Assembly: GCF_052425735.1 (NCBI RefSeq)
Contig: NC_135761.1
Coordinates: 11,656,001 to 11,720,000, forward strand
Length of the DNA stretch: 64,000 nt
Direction of reading: 5' to 3'
Source of the DNA: Oculina patagonica
Lineage: Eukaryota
In this document: piece by piece, positions 25,301-38,250 of the stretch
How the letters are laid out: each line of letters opens with the position of its first letter
How positions within the stretch are numbered: the first letter of the stretch is position 1
The notes under the pieces: generated by a model
The model's database searches: none
The model's input: the letters and a program-made list of their open reading frames with translations, nothing else
What the model was told of the DNA's origin: nothing
Position numbers and translations under genes: made by a program

Positions 25301-28300
25301 GTAAAGCGTGCAAGGGATGATGTTACATTGATCTTTCATCCGCTGTGAAAAATACTGTTTATCTAATAGCCAATTGGGGGTGAATCTCTCTAACCACACG
25401 TTTCAAACTGCGGTACCACAGCTGGTCTTTATAAGATTGTTTTCTTATGGTCCAAGTTTTAATACTATTAATATTATTGAAAAAACATGGCATTCAGCAT
25501 GGAGCGCCACTTTTCACTAATAAACGTCAATGAAACTGTTCTACCCTTGGAGAGTCTAAGTCCCGAGCTATACCAGTTTTCAACGCATTCACTGGATGTA
25601 ACTCAGTTCTGTGGCATAATTGGAAAAAAGATAGCATGGATCTCAGAGCATGGGAATTATGTAGTCAAGTAACACCTGCCCTGGACCACATCTGGACACG
25701 TCTCTTCGAGCAGCTGAGTGTCTCCTTAGAGATTTTCCAAAAGCTAGAGAGATATACGGTCAAATATATGACACATCAAGTCCTCTGGATTCTGTGAACG
25801 ACACACGACTGATGCCATTTTCAAAGCTAAAAAGAGACCTGCAAACTATTCCTCCGACACAGGTATAATAAAGCGTTAACGCTAGGTTATCGGTAAAAAA
25901 GAAAGTATGGAGTTTTATTCTAATTTGATCAGCTTACAAATTGATTAGAAAGAATTAAACACCTAAAAGCAGAAAGAACTTTGAGCTTACTCTCTAAACA
26001 TGCACTCCTGCAGCATGCTCAGAGGACAGTGTATCAGGCAGGAATTTGGACGAAATCGAGATGCATTTCAGGACGTTCCTTCTCCTGCAGAGTTTTCATG
26101 GGCAAAAGGAGAGGACAACCAGTGGCAGCCACTTTAGATAATTATCCCAAAAGTTTCTAATGTTTGCAGAGAGCTTATCAAATGTATCTCTGCAAAGGAC
26201 GCTGCAAATGTGCCGAACAGAAAAGTTGCAGTGCACGCCATTGTGTAAATGTTCAACTGCCCAGAGAGCCATTCTAAGAGCAAGGGGCATTTGTGAGGGT
26301 CTTAGCATGAACATGAGCATTCCCGATATACTATCAGATTTAATGTACGAAAAGATGCGGTCAATTTACACGCATTTGTTTCGTTTCTTTGTTAAAGTTT
26401 TGTTTGGTCCTGTGCTATCAGCCGAGCGAAGACTAGGTACTAGAAACTGTAAATTGGTTTTGTTGACACTATTTTACATGCAATCTTTTCCAAAATAAAA
26501 AAGTTTATAGAGAATTAAGGGAAACAAGACAAAATTGCAAAAATTTGTTTCAACTAGGGCAAAATATCTGTTTTGAAAATAGAACCACAGGATACCCAAC
26601 CTTGATATCAGTCAAAACCGAAATATCCCCTTAAAACGGAATCGTGAGCAGATTGACTTGGGCACCCCTTCTAATATTATTTGGTAGGGTGTAAGCAAAT
26701 TGTGTGCCAAATTTCATGCTTTTATCACTCTTGTCACGATCAGGTTGTTAAGCCACCTGACTATATTGAGAAGTAGTCAATTTCAACACAGAACTAAAGA
26801 TATTTTTAGCGTTGATCGAAGTTCTTCTGAAATTCCTTTTTAGTCATGTTCTCATGTCATACCGTAAAATTCCGGTTATAAGCTCTGGGCTTACACAACT
26901 TCGTAAGGGGTTTTGGGTGGGCTTATAAGCGGAGGGGCTTATATCCGGGAGGGCTTATAAGCGGAATAAAAAAAACGTATCGAAACGAGCCACGGGAATG
27001 TTGATCAAAATACGTTTTTAAGTTAAAAACGCATAATAGAGCAACATTTACCCCTGTTCAGTACTGTCATCCAGCAGAGGTGGGCTTATATCCGGGGGGC
27101 TTATAATCGGATGTATTTTTTTGTTTCCAGGTAGATGGGCCTATAGGGGGGGGGCTTATAACCGCAATTTTATGGTATTTTTTTCAAATCTCTATCACAA
27201 CATCTTCAACTGAGCGTCAGCTATATCAAACGCTTAATGTTTTACAATAAAATACATAAATTCAGCTACTTACACTGAACAGTTAATTTCGCCGAGGCAT
27301 TTACTTGTCCCAGCAAATTTTCAGCTTTGCAGCTGTAAACTCCGTCGTCTCCAGGTCTAACGTCCTTCACAATCAGAGCGCCACTGGATTCTACCACGAA
27401 ACGACCCACAGGAAGCGATGAATTCAGCTTAGACCACGTGACTTTTGGACTTGGATTACCATCTGCTGTACATTTCAAGATGGCTGTCTGACTTTCATTG
27501 ACTGTCATTCCAACAGGACGCTGCAGCAGAGATGGAGCCGAGATGGACTGGCCCGGTTCACCTTTGTCGCCTTTCAAACCCGGCGGACCTCTAGGTCCCA
27601 CGGGACCGGGATCCCCTGGCACTCCAACATCCCCTTTCATTCCCATTGGCCCTTGAGCTCCTATTGGTCCATGTTTACCAGGAGGTCCGCTTGACCCGGG
27701 TTTCCCTGGGGTACCTGGTCTCCCTCGGGTTCCTGGTCTTCCTCGTCGTCCCGCGTTACCTTTTGGTCCTGTGCGGCAGAGCGTGTGATCTTTAGCACAG
27801 ACTTGGTTTTGCAGCAGACCAAGTTCTTGTTTGATCAGTATTTGTACTTCAGAGGCTGTTAGGGTTGATTTTTGTTCTGAATCTTCAGGTGAAGAGCGCT
27901 TTTGTCTTGAATTTTTTTCTTCTCCACCTGAAAAATTAGAGCCAATTATTCAAAATCGTAAACCATGAACCATTCTTTGACAATTAACGGTTGCTATGAT
28001 GCAATAATACAACCTGGATTCAGCAACACAGCTTCAGCCCCCTTATTTCGCATTCATTTGTTTCGGGGATACTAAAGATAAATAGCAGGCACCCTGAGTA
28101 AAGACGACGAGCAAAACGCACAACATTTTGCAATGATTACAGAAGAACGTAAACAATGCTCACCTTTGGTCCCTTTCCAATGGCGGCCTGTAGCTATAAC
28201 TTGCCATCTGCCGTAATGTTGTTGTACTTTTTGAAGGATTGCTGTCTCCATCTTATCACAGAATGTTACTGAGTGTGATATCAGTCGATGATGTTCTTGT

Positions 28301-28425
28301 ATTCTGAGTTCCACGTGAATTAGCGCGATACAACACACAACAGACAACAGCAAGCCTGACGCGGAACACAAGCTGTTCAGTGTTTGTCTTCTGTTCGTCT
28401 GCTTCTCTTCTTTATCTTGTTTCAT
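22377..28425 (-). CDS. Array copy C3: intact type II TM collagen-3xIg-Caspr-type fibrinogen-like protein (~684 aa)
   Basis: Exons 28164-28425 (262 nt), 27274-27927 (654 nt) and 22377-23515; both introns GT-AG phase 1; total 2055 nt in frame. [26 protein letters not shown], 25 Gly-X-Y triplets, Ig C...W...YxC motifs, IDPDG/WWVSR/YWGGA/CACG/CNCD motifs. Intron 2 is enlarged by transposons. Confidence 0.85.
23627..26763 (+). mobile_element. Degenerate Academ-like DNA transposon in intron 2 of C3
   Basis: ~150-bp TIRs starting TAGTCAGGTGGCTTAAC; 3-bp TSD TAT. Broken plus-strand coding remnants at ~25570-26260: [30 protein letters not shown] and a Cys-rich CTPLCKC tail. Confidence 0.8.
26862..27175. 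mobile_element. TA-flanked MITE in intron 2 of C3
   Basis: TA-CCGTAAAATTCCGGTTATAAGC / GCTTATAACCGCAATTTTATGG-TA; internal GGGCTTATA repeats. Confidence 0.85.
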
Positions 28426-29777
28426 CGTTACAGCTCCTACCACAAACTTGTGATATCAAACACACTGATGCTAAAGACGTTTTCTTTCCACTTTTAGCTG
28501 CTTACAGATCAGTTCACTGTGGGTTTAATCGGTGTAAAGATGATAGAAAGCTGTTGTGTCCGAGTTTCACGGATGAAAGTGTAACACGAATCCTGTGTTT
28601 ACTGATATGAAGTAAAAATAACTTTACTTGTCTGAGCTTGTAATGGAGATTCAGTATCACAGGAAGTTTTAATTATGGTATCATCTTTGATACTGACAGA
28701 GGTCAAACGTATTTTGGCTAGAATTGAAGTATTATTTTTAAACGTGTGCACAGCATGCTGCAAAAGATCCCATGGCAAGGCGAGTTTAAATTGTTGACCT
28801 TGAGTTGTTCAGACGTAATGGTTCTAATTAATTTCCCAAAATCATCTGTGAGGAAAATTAGTAAGCGATGATATAAACCATTAACCATCGGCATTCTTTT
28901 ACTTTCTTGCAGAGATGGGGGAGGGGTGGGTAATGATGCATGACTATTATACCTATGTCACGTGGTACACCTTATGTTGATACGCGTCACAAAAGGATCA
29001 AAGGAACAATTTGGTTTTCCCTTGTATGCACGTCTTGTTCAGCGTGATGCAGCTGAGTCACGATCTCAGTCGGATGTAATAATTTTACGGTGACATTTAG
29101 GAGCATCAGAATTAACAATTGGTTCACTGCTAAACTGCCTTCCTTTTCTCTACACTAGTAACAGTAAGAATACGGTAAAAAAATTCAGTAACATGCATGC
29201 AACAATAATAAGGAGATAGTTTATTAAAAGAGGAAAACAGCAATTACAATGAATGTGTTCTGATCTACTCTCCCTTTAATAAGGCTCTCAGTATTTTGAA
29301 GTTAAACGAATTACATGTATCTGACGTATTTTTGTGTCATATTACACTCAACAACGGAGCACCGCCGAAACAAACCATGGCAGTTTTGCGCATATCTCGG
29401 TGAATTTGTAAACCAAGATCTTAGTCTAATACGCCGCCCACACTTCCTAGCTTGAACCTGCTCGTTTTGACTTCTTTAATTCACTAGAAAAACCCTAAAG
29501 AAAATAACAGTTTCTAGCTTTCTACCAAGTTCGTTAGCGGAGCTATCAAATATCTTTTACTGTGAAGATCTAGTCTTTGGGACAACATGCATAGAAATAA
29601 AAACCTTTTGGTAACTAGCTCAAAGCTTGGCCGGATTTCATATGAACAATTAATCAGGATCGATCAGATGCCATAATCAGGTATAGGGAACCTCAACTGT
29701 TAAGCTCGCATCCGGTTGTTAATGTTGTAAAGGTCGTTTTTATAGTGGTCATGCACTTAACTTCGAGAAAGCTAGCT

Positions 29778-30187
29778 TAAGATAAGATAAGATAAGAAAC
29801 TTTATTTAAGTGTCAAAGCCTTATAGCCTGGAAAATAAAACCATACTAATTAGGGGACACTGCTAAAAACTAAAAGCTACACTAATACTAAATATAAATA
29901 CAATAAAAATATATATAAGTCATATAAAAAATGTTATTATAATCTATGGTGTAAAAAATGTTAAAATCTTATAATAATGTTTTGACTTGAGAGGCACTAA
30001 GTGCAGCATAGGATGCATCCCTTACAGCCGCTGTCCATTAAGGGAGTTATATCTTTTTTGCGAATACGGTTTGTGAAAGCCTGCAGAGTCTTGGCTGATC
30101 TGTCAGCCGTAGAAAGTTTTCCCCATAGTTTGGGTCCTACATAACGCAAAGAGTGCTTTCCATAAGTAACAGTGTTGTATCTAGGAG
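29778..30187 (-). mobile_element. 3' fragment of a CR1/L2-group LINE
   Basis: Minus-strand reading RYNTVTYGKHSLRYVGPKLW...CKGCILC*, with a (CTTAT)n tail. Absent from the equivalent C1 spacer (~7320). Confidence 0.7.
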
Positions 30188-30232
30188 TACAGGCATTGAC
30201 ACTAAAACAGAGGAAACAAACGTTTTAAATGA

Positions 30233-30432
30233 ACATAACATAGTTAAAAAATCCCAACTGGCAGGAGGCAGACCAGTTAGCTATATACTAAGCGTGACCA
30301 AGAATTTGAACTATGGACGGCCGAAAATAAATCCAGTTAGTGGTCGCTAGTAGCAGGCAGTGTGGAGGGATTAAACCCGGGACCTTCGGATTACAACACC
30401 TGCGGCCACGTTGCCGGCCACGTTGCCTCCTC
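30233..30432 (-). mobile_element. tRNA-derived SINE
   Basis: Contains the reverse complement of AACTGGTCTGCCTCCTGCCAGTTGGGAT found in the 38025 SINE. Confidence 0.7.
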
Positions 30433-30908
30433 AAACGCTCTTACGCACCTTGTTTCATGTCTGTGGCTATGTATCGACTATGTAGATAACGCGTCTTTTT
30501 AACGACATGAAAAGCACCAAACTAGACGCTAATTTGCCATGATAATTACATGTAGTTATTACTTCATATAACAGATTCTTACGCTACTGTATGACACATT
30601 CTTTGTACTTTTTAACGTGTCAAAAAGTTAGTTATTCAGTGTTACGAATTTTACAAACTAGATGCTATAATTGGGACTGAGTATAACTCTATGAAAAAAT
30701 ATAGTGTCGTAAGTAAATAATTGTTTAATTCTTTTTAATTCGATAAAAATTTTAACCTGAAACATCACTAAAGCTTTTTTTTTTTTTATATTTTTAATTT
30801 CCGTTTTTTTTCGATATCTGTTGCTACTTAACTAAAGCATATTGACTATCATCATTATTTCAAGTGGGCTTGCAATAAATTGAGACAACAACAAATTAAC
30901 ATGTTCTT

Positions 30909-32519
30909 TTACGCTGTACCATAGCATTTTAGTTTTCCCAGTGTGTGGTAACCATGGTCCCAACTGCCTATATCTCCGAACCTCAGCTGTTTAACTGGAA
31001 GATGTGTCTTGTCAGTGAGGAGACCGCTGTCTTCACGCCATACTCTGTCTTGCTTATCACAGTTACAACCAAACCTGGAGTCTGCACATGAGTTGGTCAT
31101 CCCGCATGCGCACTTACCACTCCCAGGTGATGCTCCGCCCCAGTACGTCATGTTACTTGAATCACGTGACACCCACCAGGCATATACCCCGTACCCCAAC
31201 ATCACTGAACCATAACACTCATATTTGATAAACTGTTCACAGTGCGAGGAGACTCTGGTGAGACTTGCAAGCTGGGACAGACTCGTTCCTGTATAATGAA
31301 TGTCACGCGAGTAACAGCCTTTATTGTAACATCCATTCACCAATGTTCTGCTTTCACTGTCGTGACTTACCACTGTCACGCCGACTCTATTCTTTTCATT
31401 CATGTCACAGTAAACTGTAAATGGGAGATGAATTTAGCTTGGACCACGTGACTTTTGGACTTGGATTACCATCCGCTGTACATTTCAAGATGGCTGTCTG
31501 ACTTTCATTGACTGTCATTCCAACAGGACTCTGCAGTAGAGATGGAGCCAAGATGGACTGGCCCGGTTCACCTTTGACGCCTTTCAAACCCGGCGGGCCT
31601 CTAGGTCCCACCGGACCGAGATCTCCTGGAACTCCAACATCCCCCTTTATTCCTATCGGTCCTTGTGCCCCTATTGGTCCATGTTTACCAGGAGTTCCAG
31701 TTGTCCCAGTTCTCCCTGGGGGACCTGGTCTCCCTCGGGTTCCCGGTCTTCCTCGTCGTCCCGTGTTACCTTTTGGTCCTGCGCGGCAGAGCGTGTAATC
31801 TTTAGCACAGACTTGGTTTTGCAGCAGACCAAGTTCTTGTTTGATCAGTACTTGCACTTCAGAGACTGTTAGGGTTGATTTCTGCTGTGAATCATCAGGT
31901 GCAAATCGCTTCTGTCTTGAGATGGTCTCTTCTTCAGCTGAAAAATTAAAGCTTTTATTCAATTCTTTGAGCAGTTGTTATGATGCAACAGGAGAAAATA
32001 AGGGGACTTATTTCTCTTGGATGCAATAATCATACGTATTATTAAAAGAGATTTCCGTTTCCATTAGACTGGGTTTCAGCAACATACCGCCACTGTATTT
32101 CGCATTCATTATTTTTCGGAAAAAACGTTGTACTAACGATAAATGGCAGGCAACCCTGGGTAAAGACGACGATCAGGGCGCACAACGTTAATTGTCAATG
32201 ATTATAGAAGGACGTGTACTATTGCAAAAACCCGTTCCATAGCGAAACAATACTCACCTTTGGTCCCTTGCCAATGGCGGCCTGTATACATAACTTGCCA
32301 TCTGCCGTAATTTTGTTGTACTTTTCGAAGGATATTTGTCTCCATCTTATCACAGAATGTTACTGATTGTGATATCATTCGATGATGTTCTTGTATTCTG
32401 AGTTCCACGTGAATTAGCGCGATACAACACACAACAGACAACAGCAAGCCTGACGCGGAACACAAGCTGTTCAGTGTTTGTCTTCTGCTTGTCTGCTTCT
32501 CTTCTTTATCTTGTTTCAT
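30909..32519 (-). pseudogene. Array copy C4, internal deletion fusing exon 2 to exon 3
   Basis: Exon 1 at 32258-32519. Exon 2 runs from 31937 to ~31425 (WSKLNSS) and is joined directly to the fibrinogen-like region (PFTVYC), out of frame by one base. Intron 2, half of Ig1, Ig2 and Ig3 are lost. Confidence 0.8.
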
Positions 32520-35505
32520 CGTTACTGCCCCTACCACAAACTTGTGATATCAAACTGATGTTGAAGACGTTTTCCTTCCACTTTGAGCTGCTTACACATC
32601 AGTTCAGTGTGGGTTTAATCGTTGTATTAAAACTGAGAAAGCTGTTGTGTCCGAGTTTCACCGACCGAATTGTAACATGAATCCTGTGTTGACTGATGTG
32701 AAGGATACATGTAGTAAAAATAACTTTACTTGTCTGAGCTTGTAATGGAGATTCAGTTTCACAGGAAGTAGAATTATACATGGTCTTGCTGACTGGCGTG
32801 ATTGAAACGTTTTTACTACAACAATTCAGTACCCCGATGGGGGGTGGGGGGATTCCCATTTGAAAGGGGCGTGGATGCTCGTCGGAAGTTTTGATAGTTT
32901 GAGTAATTTTTCTGATTAATTCCATATTGAAGAAAACTTTAAAACAATAGTAGTGTAATGTAAAAAAACAGTAACTTAGGAGTTATAATAACGCGAAAAT
33001 AACCAAGGTCGGTTTGACTGAAAAAGATTAAGACAGATTACTACTGTAATGACAAACTTGAAAAAACTTGCCATGTGTTGCTCGTGACGTAGCTCCTTTA
33101 AAGAGACCAATCTGGTCATGGCTGAAACTTTTTGTGACCCCTAATAAGAGATACCAAAATACTAAAAATAGAATTTATATTTGTATATTTCTTCGTGTGG
33201 AACCTTAAATGAGACGTTGACGGCTAAGACTGTAGGCGTTTTGCCCGGAACCCTAAGTGAGGCTAGAAATCCGAAATTTACATCCCGAAGCGAGACCTCG
33301 AGCATTCCCGCCCCATTCATCCCTCGGTTTGATTAGGTACAGATTCTGCAAAAGATCTCCCGGCAAGTTAAGTTGAAATCAGTCTTGACCTCAAGGCAAG
33401 GCTCAAGTTGCTTAGACGTAATAAATGATTAGATTTCCCTAAATCTCCTAGGAAATCTGTAAGGAAGAAATGTCAGAGATAATATAAACCATCGCCATGC
33501 ATTCGTAACTGATCCTCTAGCAGACGTAGGACAAGGGTGAAAAAGATCCGCAAAAGAACAGATTTTTGTTGACTTTGTTTTTTTTTTATATAAAAATTGT
33601 ACTGCATGCTAGCATAATCGGCATATTATTTTTGAATTTTGGAAGGAAACGTACATTACCAGGGTCATGTCTTGCTTGGTGTCTTAGATTGATTATTTTC
33701 AAGTTCTGGCATGGTTCAGTCTATTTTCACTCCTCTGGGGGAGGGGAGAAAAGGTTACCGCGATACTGCCTCGTTCGTCTTCAGTTTAAAAGACTCTCGC
33801 ACCGGAAGTAAAGATTGCGTCCTCCCAATTCAACAAAAGGGTGTGAAGCAACACGCTCAAATTGCCAGCTGTCGGAGCCTAACTAGCCTCCCACGCAGTC
33901 GTTCTTAGGGGCGATCGTGTTTCACTCCTCCCCACTAGAGGCTAGAGCCTAACCGACGTAAAAAAAAAAGTCCCATTTCATGATCGCAACAAAAAGTATG
34001 AAAAGTAGCATAATTTAGGTGCGATTGCAGAATACCCGGTCACTTCATTTATATGCAGACGACGTTCGAATAGTATCCCATGATGCATTTCGTTTCATCT
34101 TATATTATCACTGCGTACGTGACCTAATCAGTATTGTTCAGCTCTCGCGAAGCGAGAAGAAGCGTTCGCCATGGCGTGTTTCCGGACTAGTTTTGATTCA
34201 AAAGCTGCTGCTTTCGAGGAAAACGACTTATTCTACGTTCACTGCGTTTCAAAGGAGAATTTCAGTGTCACATTGAAGGGATTTACCTGTGTTTCGCTAG
34301 TATACAGAGAAATACATGTTAGTGTTATCGAACAATTGGACGAACGTCGAAGAGCTCTCGTTCCTGTGACAGTCAAAAATTCGGCTATAGATGAGCTATT
34401 TGTTGCTGGAGTGTTAATAAAGAAGTCCTGTGCTGATCCGAATCGGTTTTCTTACATTTCTTCTTACATCTCTATCGATCTCTAGTCTGTCCGCTTCGCA
34501 GTCGGCGGGCTCGTTCGGCGTTGTTTACATAATCTGTGAATACATATTTGAGCTTATTATTACGGTTATTTTTCAACAGTTGTAAGCATTTCACTTATTT
34601 GAAGAGTACAGTTATAAAATTACTTTCGAAATTAGTCATTTTGAATGTAAATATAAATGGCAATGATGACAAAGCTCACGATAGAGCCCAGCGATTGTTG
34701 CCTACACGCTTCGCAACACGCGGCGCTGGTTTTCGATCGAAATTTCAGTCATCTTTGATCGCTGAAAAAGTCATTAAGATGCGGGTACTTCTGGGTACTT
34801 CTTTGCAAGTAGAATAATACGGCCTTCATTATGCTAGCGTGAGACCCATATTTAGTAGAAACCTGCTTATAATCCGAAGAATCGTGAATATTTATGACCT
34901 CGTCGCGGGTCAGTGAACACTTTGTGAAGCAAAGCTAATCAAAATAATCAAAATAAAGGACGTTTTTTAACAAACCACGGTCATAGGACAATTGCAAATC
35001 AATGAAAGTATGACAAACAACAAAATAATACAATTTTCTTGCTTTTGACTGGAAAAAAATACGAAATGTGCCGTAGAGAAAGCGGCGTTATTTTACGGTG
35101 GAATCCGCCATAACTTCGATATTGCGTGAAGTGCGCGGAGAATTGCACCATGGGATACTATTCGAACGTCGTCTGATTTATATGTGTCAGAACGCTTTAA
35201 GAACGAGACATAACACAATAGGCACTTTTGTTATTCAATGAGATGCAAAAAAGTGGCGGAGTATTCTGCAATTTAGCCTTTACAAGCATAATCGATAAGG
35301 GCCTATCCGATGGTAACATTTTAAGTCGCGTGTTTTGGCAGAAAAATTTAATCGATTTTTTGGACTTTTTAATTGTTACAAAAGTTGGTATATTTGCATC
35401 CGGGATTGAACTAATCGGTTCAAAACTTAGTTTGTTCAGGGCGCTCTCCTCCGCAGAGGCCTCTTTTGTGTTTCGTACCGGCTGGAAAATGGTAATAGAC
35501 TATAA

Positions 35506-35846
35506 GAGTGTCTCAATAGGGTTAACCGTTAGCCGTAAAACGGCCAAAAATTTAGCTGTTAGGCGTAAAAATTGGATAATTCTAACCGTTAGCCGTAAAA
35601 TATGTATAAAAAATCGGTAAGTAATTTTATATAAACCAAATAAGTTCACTTCATCGTCCCAGAATGGCCCTGACATGCACCTAAAATATGTTTTTCAATA
35701 ATGGAAATTAATTTTAAACTTTTTAAAACGATGGAAATTAACTTTTAACTTCTTTTAACCGTTATGGAAATAAATTAACCGTTAGCCGTAAAAAAGCCAA
35801 AATTTTAACCGTTAACCGTAAAAGCCACCACCCCATTGAGACCCTC
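35506..35846. mobile_element. MITE with AACCGTTAGCCGTAAAA subterminal repeats
   Basis: TIRs GAGTGTCTCAAT / ATTGAGACCCTC; flanking duplication CTATAA(G). Confidence 0.75.
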
Positions 35847-38024
35847 CTATAAGAGGTGAAAAGTAAGCACGCGGCGCCTGGAGAGAATCGAAACGAAAAC
35901 AGGGGACACTGGGAAGCGCTCCCCCTATTTTTCAATTTTTTGTTGTCCCCTCTCTAACGCCCCCCCCCCTCCCCCCACCCCCAACGCAAGGCAATTTTTA
36001 TTTTTTTAAAGTTTTCGGTTCCGTTCGGAAAGCGAAAAGGTCACCCCCTTCCCTCCCCACTCCCCACGAACTTATCGCGTCCCATACCAGTAATCCACAT
36101 ATATGGTAAAGATGACCATATTTAGAAGTTATTTATCAAACAGCAAAAGAGGGAAATTGTTTTGAAGCAGAGCAAGAGGTCATCATGTAGATTCTTAATT
36201 CGGTTTATAATTAGCTGGTATAATAATTGTCCAATATCCTGGATAGTGTTATTGTAAATAAGTTTAAAAAATGTCTGCAAGACCGAAAGGAAAGGTGCTT
36301 TTGCGCGCCAAATCGCTTATTGAACCCGATGTACAGAACCCATTCTCGTATCGGCTGCAACTCTCTGCTTGCGATAAAGTGAAGGTGAGCTTATTTATTT
36401 TAACAAGTTACTAAAGAACTGTTTTCCTCATTCTAGGTCGCAGAAAGATCTTTAAGGCCATATGAGTATCAAAAGCTGTACGATAAGCGAAAATAAATTG
36501 TATTTGGGAAGACGCAACAATCAAAATGAACGTTTCTTCATCAGCTGTCCAAAAGTAAACAAACTACGAAATGTCTGTGCAAAATAAGTGCAGCATACTT
36601 TTGTGCTAGCGCTAAGTTCGGGACGAATTTAGATAACTTTTTGAATTGTTTTTTAGCTTAACAAATGAAATTATTTTCAAACTGGAAAACAACTAGCTAT
36701 GCTTTGTGAAGGTCTTGTTTACTTGTTATAAAAACCCCAAGATCTGCTAAAATTAATTTGAAAATTTAATTTGTTTTTAAAGGCTCAATGTTTATACACC
36801 TAAAATGCTTTATTACCACCACCACCAACAAAACTTTTTGTGCTAACAATATTATGCAGTGTTTTCTGTGCTTGCACATATAAGTACGTATATACTTTTC
36901 AGCTTTTCATGCAAATAATCTGGCATAACATGCATGTACAATACATATTTTAGGGTTTAGAGTAGCAATTGTTTGACTTCTCCGAATCCAGAAATGTATT
37001 TAAACTAAAACCAGTACAGTGACATGGGGGTGGGCGAGGGGGGGGGGGGGGGGGGGGTGCACTGTCTGCAATTTTGGTTGGGGGTTTTCAGCACGCTTCC
37101 AGAAACTCTTAATATGTTATTTTACAACAAAATATACGACTAATCCCTGCCCCTACCCAGTATTTCAGATGCCAAAATCTATACCGTATTTTCCAACATT
37201 TTAATAATAACAATCATAAAAATAGTTTCTTGCAAAAATAACACATAAAAATTAAAGTTGTAGTCTCCTTTAATTTTGCAGCTGTTATTTGGGATGCCAC
37301 ACAACACTTCCAAATAATGGCTGCAAAGGTAAAGGTCTCTAACCTTTAAAAATTGCCAACCAGAATGCACATGAATGGAAATGTGACAAATATAACAGGC
37401 TACCTTATTATAGGAATATAACGAGGCATTTTAACAACGCGAACAAAATGTACGCATAATAAAATTAACGCGAATTTAGGAAAAGTTCTGGTCAAATGCT
37501 TATAGTAAATTAACGCGAATTTTTGAAATTCGCGTTAATTTACATTTATCGTTAATTTTCTATAATAAGGTATGTTATCCGAAACCTTAACAAAAACACT
37601 TGAATTCCAGCTTGCCCTTCGGACAAGCAACTCTAAAGTTTGCTTGTCCGGGGCTTTTACGTGCTTGTCTGAGTTTACCGGTAGTTGGCAGACTGTGTGC
37701 CTGGGCCCTTGCCCATTGGGCAAGTGAGCATAGAAAGTTACTTGCACGACAGAAAAATCTACTTTTCCTGTAAGCCCACCGGACAGGGTTTTTTCCGAAC
37801 CCTGTCCTTATTAGGGACCTTCAGAATGGAGTGTGAGTACATCTTTGAGTATGCATCCGACTTTTCAAACTTAGTGCTTATACTTTCAATTATCGCATTT
37901 CATGACAATCTTGTGTCGTTAGTCTGCTTTTCAATTGGTCGTGTAGTAACAGGGAGGAGTGCATAGGCCATCAACAGTCTCTCCCCATAGCATACATACA
38001 TACATACAACCTTTATAACTTTTG

Positions 38025-38250
38025 AGGAGGCAGCGTGGCCGAGTGGTTAGAGCGCCGGAGCGCTGGTGTTGTTTCCGTAGCCCCGAATTCAACTCCTCGG
38101 CTACGCTTGTAAATAGCCAACTGGTCTGCCTCCTGCCAGTTGGGATTCTTAATCATGTTTCGTTTATTTACAATATTTGTTTCAGAGTTAGTTTACATTG
38201 GCCCTGAAAAGCCCCATTCGGGGAGTGGTCAATTACATGCATATTTTTTT
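38025..38250 (+). mobile_element. tRNA-derived SINE
   Basis: Head GAGGCAGCGTGGCCGAGTGGTTAGAGCGC (A-box), followed by a body shared with the reverse copies at 7371, 30233 and 61147. Confidence 0.75.

Larger units (their letters stand above)
27780..30950 (+). repeat. Recent segmental duplicate of ~58694-61860
   Basis: Near-identical at offset 30914, including the intron, spacer, LINE fragment and SINE. Only a handful of SNPs and homopolymer-length differences were seen. Confidence 0.95.

Noticed and set aside
37685-37966. Hydrophobic ORF as the missing LPCAT TM exon
   Set aside because: It lies in repeat-like sequence (GGGACCTTCAGA...CTAAAGGTC-bounded), with no convincing LPCAT similarity or splice sites.
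38025-38110. Possible tRNA gene
   Set aside because: Only an A-box-like head with no complete cloverleaf. It continues into a body shared with other dispersed copies, so it is a SINE.
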